DNA of 64,000 nucleotides from Balanoglossus misakiensis (lineage: Eukaryota > Animalia > Hemichordata), in NCBI GenBank assembly GCA_040954595.2, contig CM082590.2, positions 5,580,001-5,644,000 of the forward strand. The letters are read 5' to 3'. Below, one piece after another: positions 49,274 through 64,000 of the stretch (position 1 is the stretch's first letter; each line of letters opens with the position of its first letter). The position numbers were made by a program, and so were the translations under genes. The notes beneath the pieces were generated by a model. That model saw nothing but the letters and a program-made list of their open reading frames with translations, did not search any database and was not told the DNA's origin.

Positions 49274-52200
49274 TTATTTGTCGTCTGTATGTATAAATAT
49301 CTGGATGTCATTTTCGGAATTTTGCAAGGGTTGATGGGCAGCAGCTTTCTTGGCGGCCATGAGTCTTTTTCTGGCTTCTTCTCGGGCTTCTTTGGCTTTG
49401 CTTGTTGTTGTTGTTGTTGTTTTGCCCGTTGTTTTCTTGGCTACATTCTTGTCTGTATTACTGACTCGCATCGGTTTCCGTGTTTTACTCTGCAACAAAA
49501 TGGTGACATAGTTGTGAATGTTCACATTTTACGCAAAGTAGGGTTATAGTTTGTAACAAAATAGCTCCATTGTTGGAAATGGTCACATTTTATGCAAAGT
49601 AGGGTTATAGTTTGTAACAAAATGGTGACACAGTTGTGAATGGTCACATTTTACGCAAAGTAGGGTAATAGTTTGTAACAAAATAGCTCCATTGTTGGAA
49701 ATGGTCACATTTTATGCAAAGTAGGGTTATAGTTTGTAACAAAATAGTTCCATTGTTGGAAATGGTCTCATTTTATGCAAAGTAGGGTTATAGTTTGTAA
49801 CAAAATAGTTCCATTGTTGGAAATGGTCTCATTTTATGCAAAGTAGGGTTATAGTTTGTAACAAAATGGTGACACAGTAGTGAATGGTCACATTTTATGC
49901 AAAGTAGTGTTATAGTTTGTAACAAAATGGTGACACAGTTGTGAATGGTCACATTTTATGCAAAGTAGGGTTATAGTTTGTAACAAAATGGTGACACAGT
50001 TGTGAATGGTCACATTTTATGCAAAGTAGGGTTATAGTTTGTAACAAAATGGTGACACAGTAGTGAATGGTCACATTTTATGCAAAGTAGGGTTATAGTT
50101 TGTAACAAAATGGTGACACAGTTGTGAATGGTCACATTTTATGCAAAGTAGGGTTATAGTTTGTAACAAAATGGTGACACAGTTGTGAATGGTCACATTT
50201 TATGCAAAGTAGGGTTATAGTTTGTAACAAAATGGTGACACAGTTGTGAATGGTCACATTTTATGCAAAGTAGGGTTATAGTTTGTAACAAAATAGCTAC
50301 ACTGTTGGAAAGGGTCACATTTTACGCAAAGTAGGGTAATAGTTTGTAACAAAATAGTTACATTGTTGGAAATGGTCTTTTATGCAAAATAGGGTTATAG
50401 TTTGTAACAAAATAGTTACATTGTTGGAAATAGTCACATTTTATGCAAAGTAGGGTTATAGTTTGTAACAAAATAGTGACATTGTTGGAAATGGTCACAT
50501 TTTATGCAAAGTAGGGTTATAGTTTGTAACAAAATAGCTACACTGTTGGAAAGGGTCACATTTTACGCAAAGTAGGGTAATAGTTTGTAACAAAATAGCT
50601 CCATTGTTGGAAATGGTCTCATTTTATGCAAAGTAGGGTTATAGTTTGTAACACAATGGTGACATAGTTGTGAATGGTCACATTTTATGCAAAGTAGTGT
50701 TATAGTTTGTAACAAAATAGTTACATTGTTGGAAATGGTCTTTTATGCAAAATAGGGTTATAGTTTGTAACAAAATAGTTACATTGTTGGAAAAAGTCAC
50801 ATTTTATGCAAAGTAGGGTTATAGTTTGTAACAAAATAGTGACATTGTTGGAAATAGTCACATTTTATGCAAAGTAGGGTTATAGTTTGTAACAAAATAG
50901 CTACATTGTTGGAAATGGTCACATTTTATGCAAAGTAGGGTTATAGTTTGTAACAAAATAGCTACATTGTTGGAAATGGTCACATTTTATGCAAAGTAGG
51001 GTTATAGTTTGTAACAAAATAGCTCCATTGTAGAGCGCGGAGACCCCTATATTTTATTTGACCAATGAATTAATATTTGCTTGGACTGAGCTATATGTAA
51101 AATATCGTGAAAATGACAACAGTAGAAGTTTATTTTCTAGCAATTATCAATGTAATCCTATTGGGAAAAAGACGAGTGTGCACAGTTTTCCGGTTTGTGT
51201 TCTGCGCGTACATCCTTAAGGTAGGAGGAAGTGCGAGGACTTACTTGTTTTGATCTGCTAGGATTTTGTTGAGCTGGTAACTTCCAGCCATTTTGTTTCA
51301 GCAGACGGATTTCGTCGAACATTCGGTTCACGTCCTCCACTTGTATCATCACCATGTCCCAGAAGCCAGCCAAGTCTGAAGATGTCGTCTTCAAAGATGT
51401 CGATGGATCCGGGCTCTAGATTCACACAAAAACCAAAAGTATTGACTTGTAACAGATACAGTCAAAACCTGTGTACATGTATAGTGGCCAGTGTAGGTCA
51501 TGTGCTGTTTCAACTTGCAAGTCTTGCTCAATATAATTTGCACATCTCCAGTGGATAAAGTCAATGCGTACTGGTATACGCGTACATTATTTTTGCGTAA
51601 ATATGGTCAGATATGCATTAAATATGCAGGATTTTGCATTAAAGGGACAAAGTCTCTCTCTTGCTGCCCTTTTTCCATTAATTATGTTTGATGCAAGAGT
51701 CTGTTTATGTTATTCTACATGTGGATATATAGTGAATCAATGTTCGAACACACACAACTTCCATACCACTTGTAGACACTAGAGTGAAAAACTGAATAAT
51801 CAGTGTTTACCATTTATTCATTTTGGGCGAGTTTTTACTCTCATATCCTACAAACGGGATGGAAGTTGTGTGTGGTTGAACTTTCATTCACTATATATCC
51901 TGTAGAATAACGTAAACAGTGTCTTGTATCAAACATAAATAATGGAAAAAGGGCAGCGAGAGAGAGAGAGACTTTGTCCCTTCACGAAAAAAAATAGCAC
52001 ATAGGTATTTAAGGGGGACTTGACACTCTAAAGAGATTCGACACGTACCCAATAGCATTATGGTTAAAGGTATACAGTCACCTCCAATTTTCATACGCCC
52101 ATATATAGCTGAAATGGAGTATTTGTGCGTTCTAAATAACATATGGTGGCGCTCTTTTTTTCACATGTGCCACCCACTGAAAATCTGTGATTGGCTAGAT

Positions 52201-55200
52201 CTCATTTTGCTATGGTAAGTATAGCTAATTTTCCATGGGTGACTGTATACCTTTAAAGCAATACTTACTGTATTTTGTAGACAGAGTCCTTTGAACTGCT
52301 TGAATTTCTTCCTTGTGAGTAACTGTCCTTTGCCAATAGAAGAGCGGATTTTTCCGCTAACTGTCAAAAAAAAAAAATAGTGTTCCTTAGTGTTTATACA
52401 CCATGCCTCAAAGCCTCTAGAGCTGCCACTTATGGCATTATTTTCATGATGTTATTTTCAAACTTAAAAGCGCGTAGCTCGTCTCACGCGCATGCGCGTA
52501 ACTTCCCAGCAAATTTTCTGTTCGATGCATTCAGATAGTGGACTGCCTTCGCTTCCTTCCAAATTTCATGCGCACTGTATAAGTAGATTCTGGTTTTGTC
52601 CCTCCTTTTCACCCAAGCTGGTGTCTTTTCCCGATCTCCGACACAGATTGGTCGCCGCCATCTTGTCTGTTGTTAGGACAGCGCACTGCCTTATGGGATT
52701 GACTGTTCACTAAACACCTGTAACCAGCGGCTACAGTTGGAACATGCGTGTGAGACGAGCTAGGCGCTTTAATTGGTCCATCTAAATAAGCTTACTGATA
52801 GGTATACATGAACAACTCACAAAAACCCGATTGTGAATGCATGTTGCAATTTGAACACGCTATGTATTAAACAGGTGCCACACCAATTTAATCAGCCTCC
52901 ATACAAACAGTATGCAGCTATCATGGTATGCGTCGAGTTGAAAAACTGAACTGCAAATATTATGGCTTAATGGTGAGGATTTTAGAGGATAGGGAATATA
53001 TTTGAAGTATTTTATTGTGGAAAAAAATACGTGAAATTTGGCAGCTATAGGGGCTTCAAGGAAAAAGGGTGGACAAATTTTGTGGCCATGTGAGAAATAG
53101 AAACTCACACACCAAGCATCTGGGATCATATTTCTCTCACTCATTGGGGATGTTTTTTCCTACAAAATCCCCAACTCGTGTGAGATATATGATCCCAGGT
53201 CCTTGGGAGTGTGGGATTCTATTAAAGGGACAAAGTCTCTCTCTTGCTGCCCTTTTTCCATTAATTATGTTTGATACAAGACACCGTTTGTGTTTTATTT
53301 TACATGTGGATATATAGTGAATCAATGTTCGACCACACACAACTTCCATCCCACTTGTAAACACAAGAGTGAAAAACTCGCCAAAATGAATAATCAGTCT
53401 TTACCGTTTATTCATTTTGGGCGAGTTTTTACTCTCATATCCTATAAACAGGATGGAAGGTGTGTGTGGTCGAACGTTGATTCACTATATATCCACATGC
53501 ACATTAATATAAACTGTGTCTTGTATCAAACATAATTAATGGAAAAAGGGCAGCGAGAGAGACTTTGTCCCTTTAATCTTTATCAAAAAGAGCAACTGCA
53601 AAAATCACTCACTCTCTTCCGACAGTTCATTCCGGTGCAAGTCTTCTTCAGCATCTTGGCAAAGTTTGTTAAGTCTCTCCTCCTCTGAAGTCACTACTTT
53701 CATGAAGAAGTGGCCATCTTTGTCCTCTTTCGACGACTTGACAAGATTCCTCGGTTTGTGCGAGCTATCCACCTCGTCGAGTACCTCGTTTCCTTGCGTG
53801 TCAGATTCGGGTAACGTCGGGCTTGTTTTGGGAGTCGTGTCCGTGGGAGATGTCCTTTTCACGCGAACTACTGGTGAAGATTTTTTCTCTAGGGGGCTCG
53901 TTGGGGATGTACGCTTCTCTACAGAGCTTAAAGACAACACTTTCTTCTCGGTAGAACTTGACAAGGTCTTATTCTCAAAACCGACGCTACTTGAAGTTTT
54001 CCGTTCGACAGAGGCAGTCGGCGAGGATCTCTTGTCTGTGAGACCGGTCGGAGAGGCCCTCTTCTTGGGCATCTTCACGTCGGGCTTGACCGGGACGGGT
54101 GGGGGTGTCCGTCTTTTTGCTGTTGTACTTTTAGCGGGAAAGTGTTTGAATGTTCCGCTCAGTTTATCATCGGATTTTCGCAGGTTTGAAGGCGGGGCCG
54201 ACTTTGAAGTTGGGGAGCGTGCGAGCGATTGCGACTTCGACGTCGGAGAGCTACGCAGACTTGATGTGGATGGCGCTGATAACGTGGTTGCCCCTGTGAG
54301 TGACGACGTCTTCGATGTCGGCGAGTTGCGAAGACCGGCAGTGGACGAGGCAGACAACGTCCTCCGTGAGCCGTCACCCTTGCCTGGCACTGACGAGTGA
54401 CCGACTAAATTCCGATTGGAAGCGATGAAGTCTTTCCGCACCGACGTTTTGGGTCTTGTCGCCATACCGACAGAATTGGACGACGCCTCTCTCCGGGTCG
54501 GCGTCGGTGGCAACGTCCGTCTATTCGGCTCCCGGGCGCCGTTCTTTTTCGCCGGACTCGTCGGTTCCTCGCTGCTGGTCACGTTGCCTAGCAACATGGC
54601 TTTCCTCTCAGCGACGAGCGATTTTCGTTTCCCTGATGTTTTCCTCTGTATGGGCTGATCGTCTGGTTGCTTGGGCGACCATTTTTCCTTCTCGTTGGCC
54701 GTTTTGGCTTCCCAGGCCGCTTTCTTCTGCTGCACACTGACGCCCTTATCCCCGTTCTGTTGTAACAACACACTGGGACCGACACTACGACTACGCACAC
54801 TCTTCCCGCTGGCCGATCTTCGATACGTCCCTTTTGGGGGCGACATACTTCCTGTACGCACGTGCTGCTCCTGCTGGGAGCTTTGTGCGCGACTCTCTCG
54901 CGAAGAAGTTCTTGCCGCTTGAGTCGGTGACGACGTTTTCCTCGCACTTCCCGCCGATCTGATCTTTCCCGCCCCCTCGGCGCTATTCCTGGAAGAGTAC
55001 GCGTTTCCGTACTTGGAATGATCTCTGGGCGGCGGACTTCCGGCGTCTTTGCCACCCAGGGTAATCTCCACCGTTGTCGTGTACTTGGAACATTTCCTGG
55101 TGGCTCCGGGAGACGTGGATCCAAACGACTGTCGGCTGCCGGTTGGCGGCAAACCACTCCGGCTCTGACCGTTCCCGGATCGCGGTCCTCCGTTCTCGCT

Positions 55201-55908
55201 GCAGGTTTTCTTGGCGGCCATCTTGGAGTGCCTCCGGGCGCGGTCCTCGGCCGGACTGGCGACTTCGCCGCCCTTCTTGCCGGCCGAGGGACCGACCTCG
55301 AACATGGCGCTCTCCGCCGACCTGTTGCCGGTTCTCTGTGCACACACCACGCTTCCATTGTGGTTGATCTCCGCATCGTTCGTGTCGCGGCGAATCTCAT
55401 TATCGGTCGGGCACTTTGGCGCCCTCTGAACCTCGTTCCCAGTTCCACATTTGACCCTCTCCGCACACTCTGTGTCATCATCATCATCATCAGACTCGTC
55501 CGCATACTTGAAATTCAATTTCTTCTCCCAATCCGTCTTCTCCGACCGACAGTCATCATTCCCGTCCTCCTCCTCCTCCTCCTCATACGTCAACTCCCAC
55601 TCTTTCATTCCGTTCTCCTCGTGGTCACAGCACATCAATCTCCACTCCTTCTCCCCAAATTTTTCCATGGTGTACTTGTCGTTCACACAGTTGTCAACAA
55701 CGTGCGTTTGTTCCTGTCGTCGAAACTGCCTCGCTAGATGTTCATTGTAGTCCACGATGGACGAAAACTCTTCCCCGAACAGTTCCTTGGGCGATTTCAT
55801 ACACAGGTTCTCATCCAAAAGTTTATTATTATTCTCTTGATTGGCTGCAGATCTGCTGCTATCTATATCTACAGAATCATCTAACACTGGTCTGGCTCTG
55901 TCTTCCAT
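49274..55908 (-). CDS. DLGAP: DLGAP/SAPAP-family protein (GKAP homology domain), about 924 aa from the ATG at 55908
   Basis: Exons 55908-53613 (long acidic then S/T/K/P-rich region ending KDGHFFMKVV..EEERL..LC..AE..L...ELSEE), 52360-52269 (ISGKIRSSIGKGQLLTRKKFKQFKGLCLQNT), 51415-51245 (DLAGFWDMVMIQVEDVNRMFDEIRLLKQNGWK), 49489-49274 (EARKRLMAAKKAA..IQIFI). Phases 1, 0, 0 join. The true 5' end is uncertain. Confidence 0.9.
49493..51030. repeat. 61-bp minisatellite, about 25 copies, in the last DLGAP intron
   Basis: GCAAAGTAGGGTTATAGTTTGTAACAAAAT recurs about every 61 bp, with two interspersed variant types. Confidence 0.97.
52064..52257. mobile_element. Short TTAA-flanked MITE with AGGTATACAGTCACC TIRs (relatives about 46271-46462 and 48278-48439)
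   Basis: TTAA-AGGTATACAGTCACC...GGTGACTGTATACCT-TTAA. Confidence 0.75.
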
Positions 55909-57085
55909 TCTGAAGTAACTTACATCTGTCAAAACAACGAAAGACAAATAAGGACCATCAGTGTACACGTCCATGCTGTGATGGATAATACATGACGACA
56001 TACAAGTTGACATTGGCATTGAAAGGGTTAAAGGGACAAAGTCTCTTTCTCATTGCAATTTTTCCATTAATTATGTTTGATACAAGACACAGTTTATCTT
56101 ATTCTACATGTGGATATATAGTGAATCAACGTTCAACCACACACACCTCCCAGGACAAAGTCTCTCTCTCGCTGCCCTTTTTCCATTAATTATGTTTGAT
56201 ACAAGACACCGTTTATGTTATTCTACATGTGGATATATAGTGAATTAACGTTCGACCACACACAACTTCCATCCCACTTGTATGATATGAGGGTAAAAAT
56301 CTCACCATAATGAATAAACGGTAAAGACTGATTATTCATTTTGGAGAGTTTTTCACTCTCGTGTCTACAAGTGGGACGGAAGTTTTGTGTGGTTAAACGT
56401 TGATTCACTATATATCCACATGTAGAATAACATAAATGGTGTCTTGTATCAAACATAACTAATGGAAAAAAGGGCAGCGAGAGAGAGACTTTTTCCCTTT
56501 AAGGATGTACGTTCATCAAAATTGAAAGTATTGTCATTTCTTTTTGGATTATTCTGAGATGTATAATGAAAATCTGTGATAAAATATAGGGGTCACCGCG
56601 CTTGTTTTTGAAATACACAGCCATGAATTTAGTCGATAATAGAAGAAAACTGCTGACTCAGCATTTTTCACCAATGATTTGTCCATGGGCAAAAAAAATT
56701 AACGCACTTTCTCTCGAAATAGGCTCTTCCTTGTAATTGTGGATTTTTGGATTCTCCATATGTATAATGAAATTGTTTTCGAAACACAAGGACGGAATTT
56801 TGTCATTAATTGAAGAAAACTCACCATTTTTCGCTGGTGATTTGTCTATTATCAAACCTGTCTATATTGGCCAGTCACAGGACATTCCCAAACTTGCCTT
56901 TACAGAAAGGTCAATTAATGCACATGTAAATTGCACAGGGACTGTAACAAAGTGGCCACTATATATAGAGGTGGCCACTAACACAGGTTTGACTGTACAT
57001 GTAAATTGCACAGGGACTGTAACAAAGTGGCCACTATATAGAGGTGGCCACTAACACAGGTTGGACTGTAACTGTTTCTACTTAC

Positions 57086-60891
<3,806 letters not shown>

Positions 60892-61208
60892 CTAAACAGA
60901 CAATTAGATAAAATAGAAGTTTTTTAAAGGGACAAAGTCTCTCTCTTGCTGCCCTTTTTCCATTAATTATGTTTGATACAAGACACTATTTATGTTGATT
61001 TTCATGTGTATATGTAGGGAATGAAAGTTCAACCACACACAACTTCTATCCCACTTGTATTATATGTGAGTAAAAACTCGTCGAAATTGAATAAATGGTA
61101 GAGACCGATTATTCATTTTGGTGATTTTTTTCACTCTATTATCTGCAAGTGGGATGGAAGTTGTGTGTGGTTGAACCTTGATTCACAATACATGTATATC
61201 CATGTACA

Positions 61209-61720
61209 TTAAAGGCACGTAAGCTGTAACTTTTGGGATAATTTTCATAATTTTTGTTTCACACTGCACTACCATTAGTCAATGCAGATGAAGGCAGTGA
61301 ACTATACACAAGCATTATAAACCCTAAATATGAGTGCATATGCAAGTTTTAACCAGATAAATAATAAAGCTTTGCCGCAAGCGATTATGGGCGCCACCAT
61401 TGGAAAATGAAAGAAACAATGAAAATGTCGCATTTCCGGTTGTGAAACTTCATAAACAAAACATGATCTCATCCACTTGAGCTCATGGAAGTAAATGTAC
61501 ACCACTGAGACATCAGATTTTCATTTTTCATTGCAATATTGCACTTTTTTAAACATTTCAGGAATTTTCGTTTTTCTTTAATTTTTGACCATTTTGTCAT
61601 AAATAAGTGTTGAGCTTGATATATTATCATGAAATAGCATTTAATAGATATAATTAAAAGCATATATGAGGTTATTTAAAACTTTAATTTTTTATCCAGT
61701 TGCAGCTTACGTGCCTTTAA
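61209..61720. mobile_element. TTAA-flanked MITE nested inside the AGGGACAAAG MITE
   Basis: TTAA-AGGCACGTAAGCTG...CAGCTTACGTGCCT-TTAA; the host element resumes at 61721. Confidence 0.85.
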
Positions 61721-61988
61721 CATAACAGTGTCTTGTATCAAACAGAATTAATGGAAAAAGGGCAGCGAGAGAGAGATTTTGTCCCTTTCATAAACTGAAA
61801 ATATTCTCCCAAATCAGATACAGGGAGGTGTGTTGATTGAAGTACACCAACCAATGTGAATAATACAGTGAAACCTGTCATTACGGACACCTCTCTAATC
61901 AGGACATCACTCTATTAAGGACAGATTTCTCAAAACAAAAGTCACAGTTTGAATAGAATATTACCTGTCTATTACGGACATCTCTCTA

Positions 61989-62728
61989 TTAAGGTGGCAC
62001 TGCATGAAACCGTCGAGACTTTTTCAGAGGCCTATTTCTCATCAAAGAAAAAGCTAAAAACCCCATAAACCATATATATTCTGGAAGCTGAGATTTTGAA
62101 CTTTTGTTTGAGTTGCAAATATTATTGATCCCCGGAAATGGTGGCGATTTTGGGTGAAAAAAAACATTTTTTGATATTATGTCATGAAATTTAAAATAGG
62201 TAAAAAAGTTGACCATGCATCATGCATCTTAATATGTCATTCAAAACTAGAGTACACGTGCAAAAAAACGCTAATTTTGTTTTGCGTTATCTGCTTCCAT
62301 TGAGGAGTAACAGCGTTTAAAAGTTAGATTTTCAGAAAATTTGATCAAATTCACGGTGAGTTGTATTGAATCAGAGTTTATTCCCGCCAGGGACACTTTA
62401 TCGACAAACAAAACTAGCGTTTTGTTGGATGGGTCATACACAATTCCCTGTCAAAATTTGAGCAAATTCGGCCAACGCAGGGCGAAGCTATTTTAGTCCG
62501 AAGTTGTCAAGAGCAGCTAAAATGCAAACTGAGAAAAACGGCTATTTGCATTGTTGACACCTATTTGTTAAGCTGTGAACTCATTCAGAAAAGTGCTATT
62601 TGGGGTGATTATGCACCATTTCCGCCAAGACGTATTAGTCAGGATGTGGGTCAGTATTAGGCCTACCGATTTATGTAAAAAAGTAAAATTTGGCAAAAAT
62701 CACAACTTTTCATGCAATGCCACCTTAA
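61989..62728. mobile_element. TTAA-flanked MITE with GGTGGCA(C/T)TGCATGAAA TIRs
   Basis: TTAA-GGTGGCACTGCATGAAA...TTTCATGCAATGCCACC-TTAA. Confidence 0.8.
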
Positions 62729-63396
62729 CCCTAACGCTGCCAAGTTGGTTGAAACTGGTTTGATTTCCAGGGTGCCTAGAATCCTGGCTCCCAGGCCTGT
62801 TAGACTGCCAAGTGTGTGTTAATCAGTAGGGCCTATACAAGACCCTCAGACCAATACAGTGCAAACCAGTCTGATTTGGTACATTTTACAGGGGGCTCAG
62901 ACTGCCAAGTGTGTGTTACTCAGTAGGGCCTATACAAGACCCTCAGACCAATACAGTGCAAACCAGTACGATTTGGTACATTTTACAGGGGGCTCAGACT
63001 GCCAAGTGTGTCTAAGTACGTATGAGAGCCATGTCAAGACAGTCAATATATGTTTTAGAAGAAAAAATGGCAAATACATATTTTAAGGGACTTGACACTC
63101 AGAACAGGTATGACAGCCAGTAGCATTAGGGATAAGGACACATTGTCCAGTCCCAGAGGTGTAGACAAGTTTCACTGTACAGGAATCTAACACATCCCAC
63201 ACCATTGGATAACATTCCATGCATGTTAATTATAGAACAGTTGTCATCCAATCAATGCTTACGTGTGTGAATTCTGTGTATCAGTAGAAACAAAACACAT
63301 GGAATGTTTTCAATATAGGCACACTGCCACAGTGCCGCCCCATAGAAGACTTCAGTTGTCTGCATTCCATGTTTTCTTCCAGACCAGGCCGATCAT

Positions 63397-64000
63397 TAGC
63401 CTAGCATCTAGCCGTATTTTGTCCGCTTTGCTTCCAAAACTAACGTCTAGCCTCACCCATGCCACTGGCCCAATAAAACCCCATACCCCTTGCTGGGAAT
63501 TGTGATGTTACTAGCGTCCCCTTGAAGTCACTCACATAAACTGAACAATGGTAAATGGGTGTGGATGATAGGCTAGTCTAGTATCTAGCCGTATTTTGTC
63601 CGCTTTGCTTCCAAAACTATCGTCTAGCTTCAACCATGCCACTGGCCCAATAAAACCCCATACCCCTTGCTGGGAATTGTGATGTAACTAGCGTCCCCTT
63701 GAAGTCACTCACATAAACTGAACAATGGTGATTGGGTGTGGATGATAGGCTAGTCTAGTATCTAGCCATATTTTGTCCGCTTTGCTTCCAAAACTAACGT
63801 CTAGCCTCACTCAAAGCCACTGGCCCAATAAAACCCCATACCCCTTGCTGGGAATTGTGATGTTACTAGCGTCCCCTTGAAGTCACTCACATAAACTGAA
63901 CAATGGTGATTGGGTGTGGATGATAGGCTAGTCTAGTATCTAGCCATATTTTGTCCGCTTTGCTTCCAAAACTAACGTCTAGCCTCACTCAAAGCCACTG
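63397..64000 (-). repeat. Same 179-bp satellite as 335-2261, in inverted orientation
   Basis: CTAGCGTCCCCTTGAAGTCACTCACATAAACTG is the reverse complement of the left-hand unit. Confidence 0.97.

Noticed and set aside
53666-55750. Long overlapping ORFs (244, 305, 239 aa and others) within the DLGAP large exon
   Set aside because: Shadow frames of a GC-rich coding exon with no recognisable motifs.
55909-56019. N-terminal extension of the 804-aa ORF (MPMSTCMSS...)
   Set aside because: It runs through a polypyrimidine tract and acceptor and is most likely intronic. The MPMST match to the CDK helix looks coincidental.
56860-56915. DWP-containing frame as the missing CDK exon 7
   Set aside because: It reads SLGMSCDWPI-stop inside a MITE, with no IGLP motif or suitable exon length.

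Overview
AT-rich, repeat-dense animal DNA with GT-AG spliceosomal introns (a marine invertebrate deuterostome such as a hemichordate is my guess only). Three genic units are present. (1) A 19-exon + strand gene (7240-35239, about 1161 aa) encoding a kinase-less DAPK-like ROCO protein: about 12 ankyrin repeats, ROC GTPase, COR and a death domain. Its ankyrin repeats are encoded one per phase-0 exon in recently duplicated exon+intron cassettes that differ mainly at binding-surface codons, which suggests a diversifying intracellular receptor. (2) Two partial copies of a CDK4/6-like gene on the - strand about 61 kb apart: the first coding exon at 2673-2908, and exons 3-6 at 57086-60891 with no exons 7-8 found. 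(3) A DLGAP/SAPAP (GKAP-homology) gene on the - strand (49274-55908) that begins 1.2 kb after the truncated CDK exon 6 and could be spliced to it in frame. The rest is satellites (179, 225, 196, 138/142 and 61 bp), TTAA-flanked MITEs, Helentron-like non-autonomous elements, a dead hAT transposase and an LTR fragment. Exon boundaries were read by eye and repeat boundaries are approximate.
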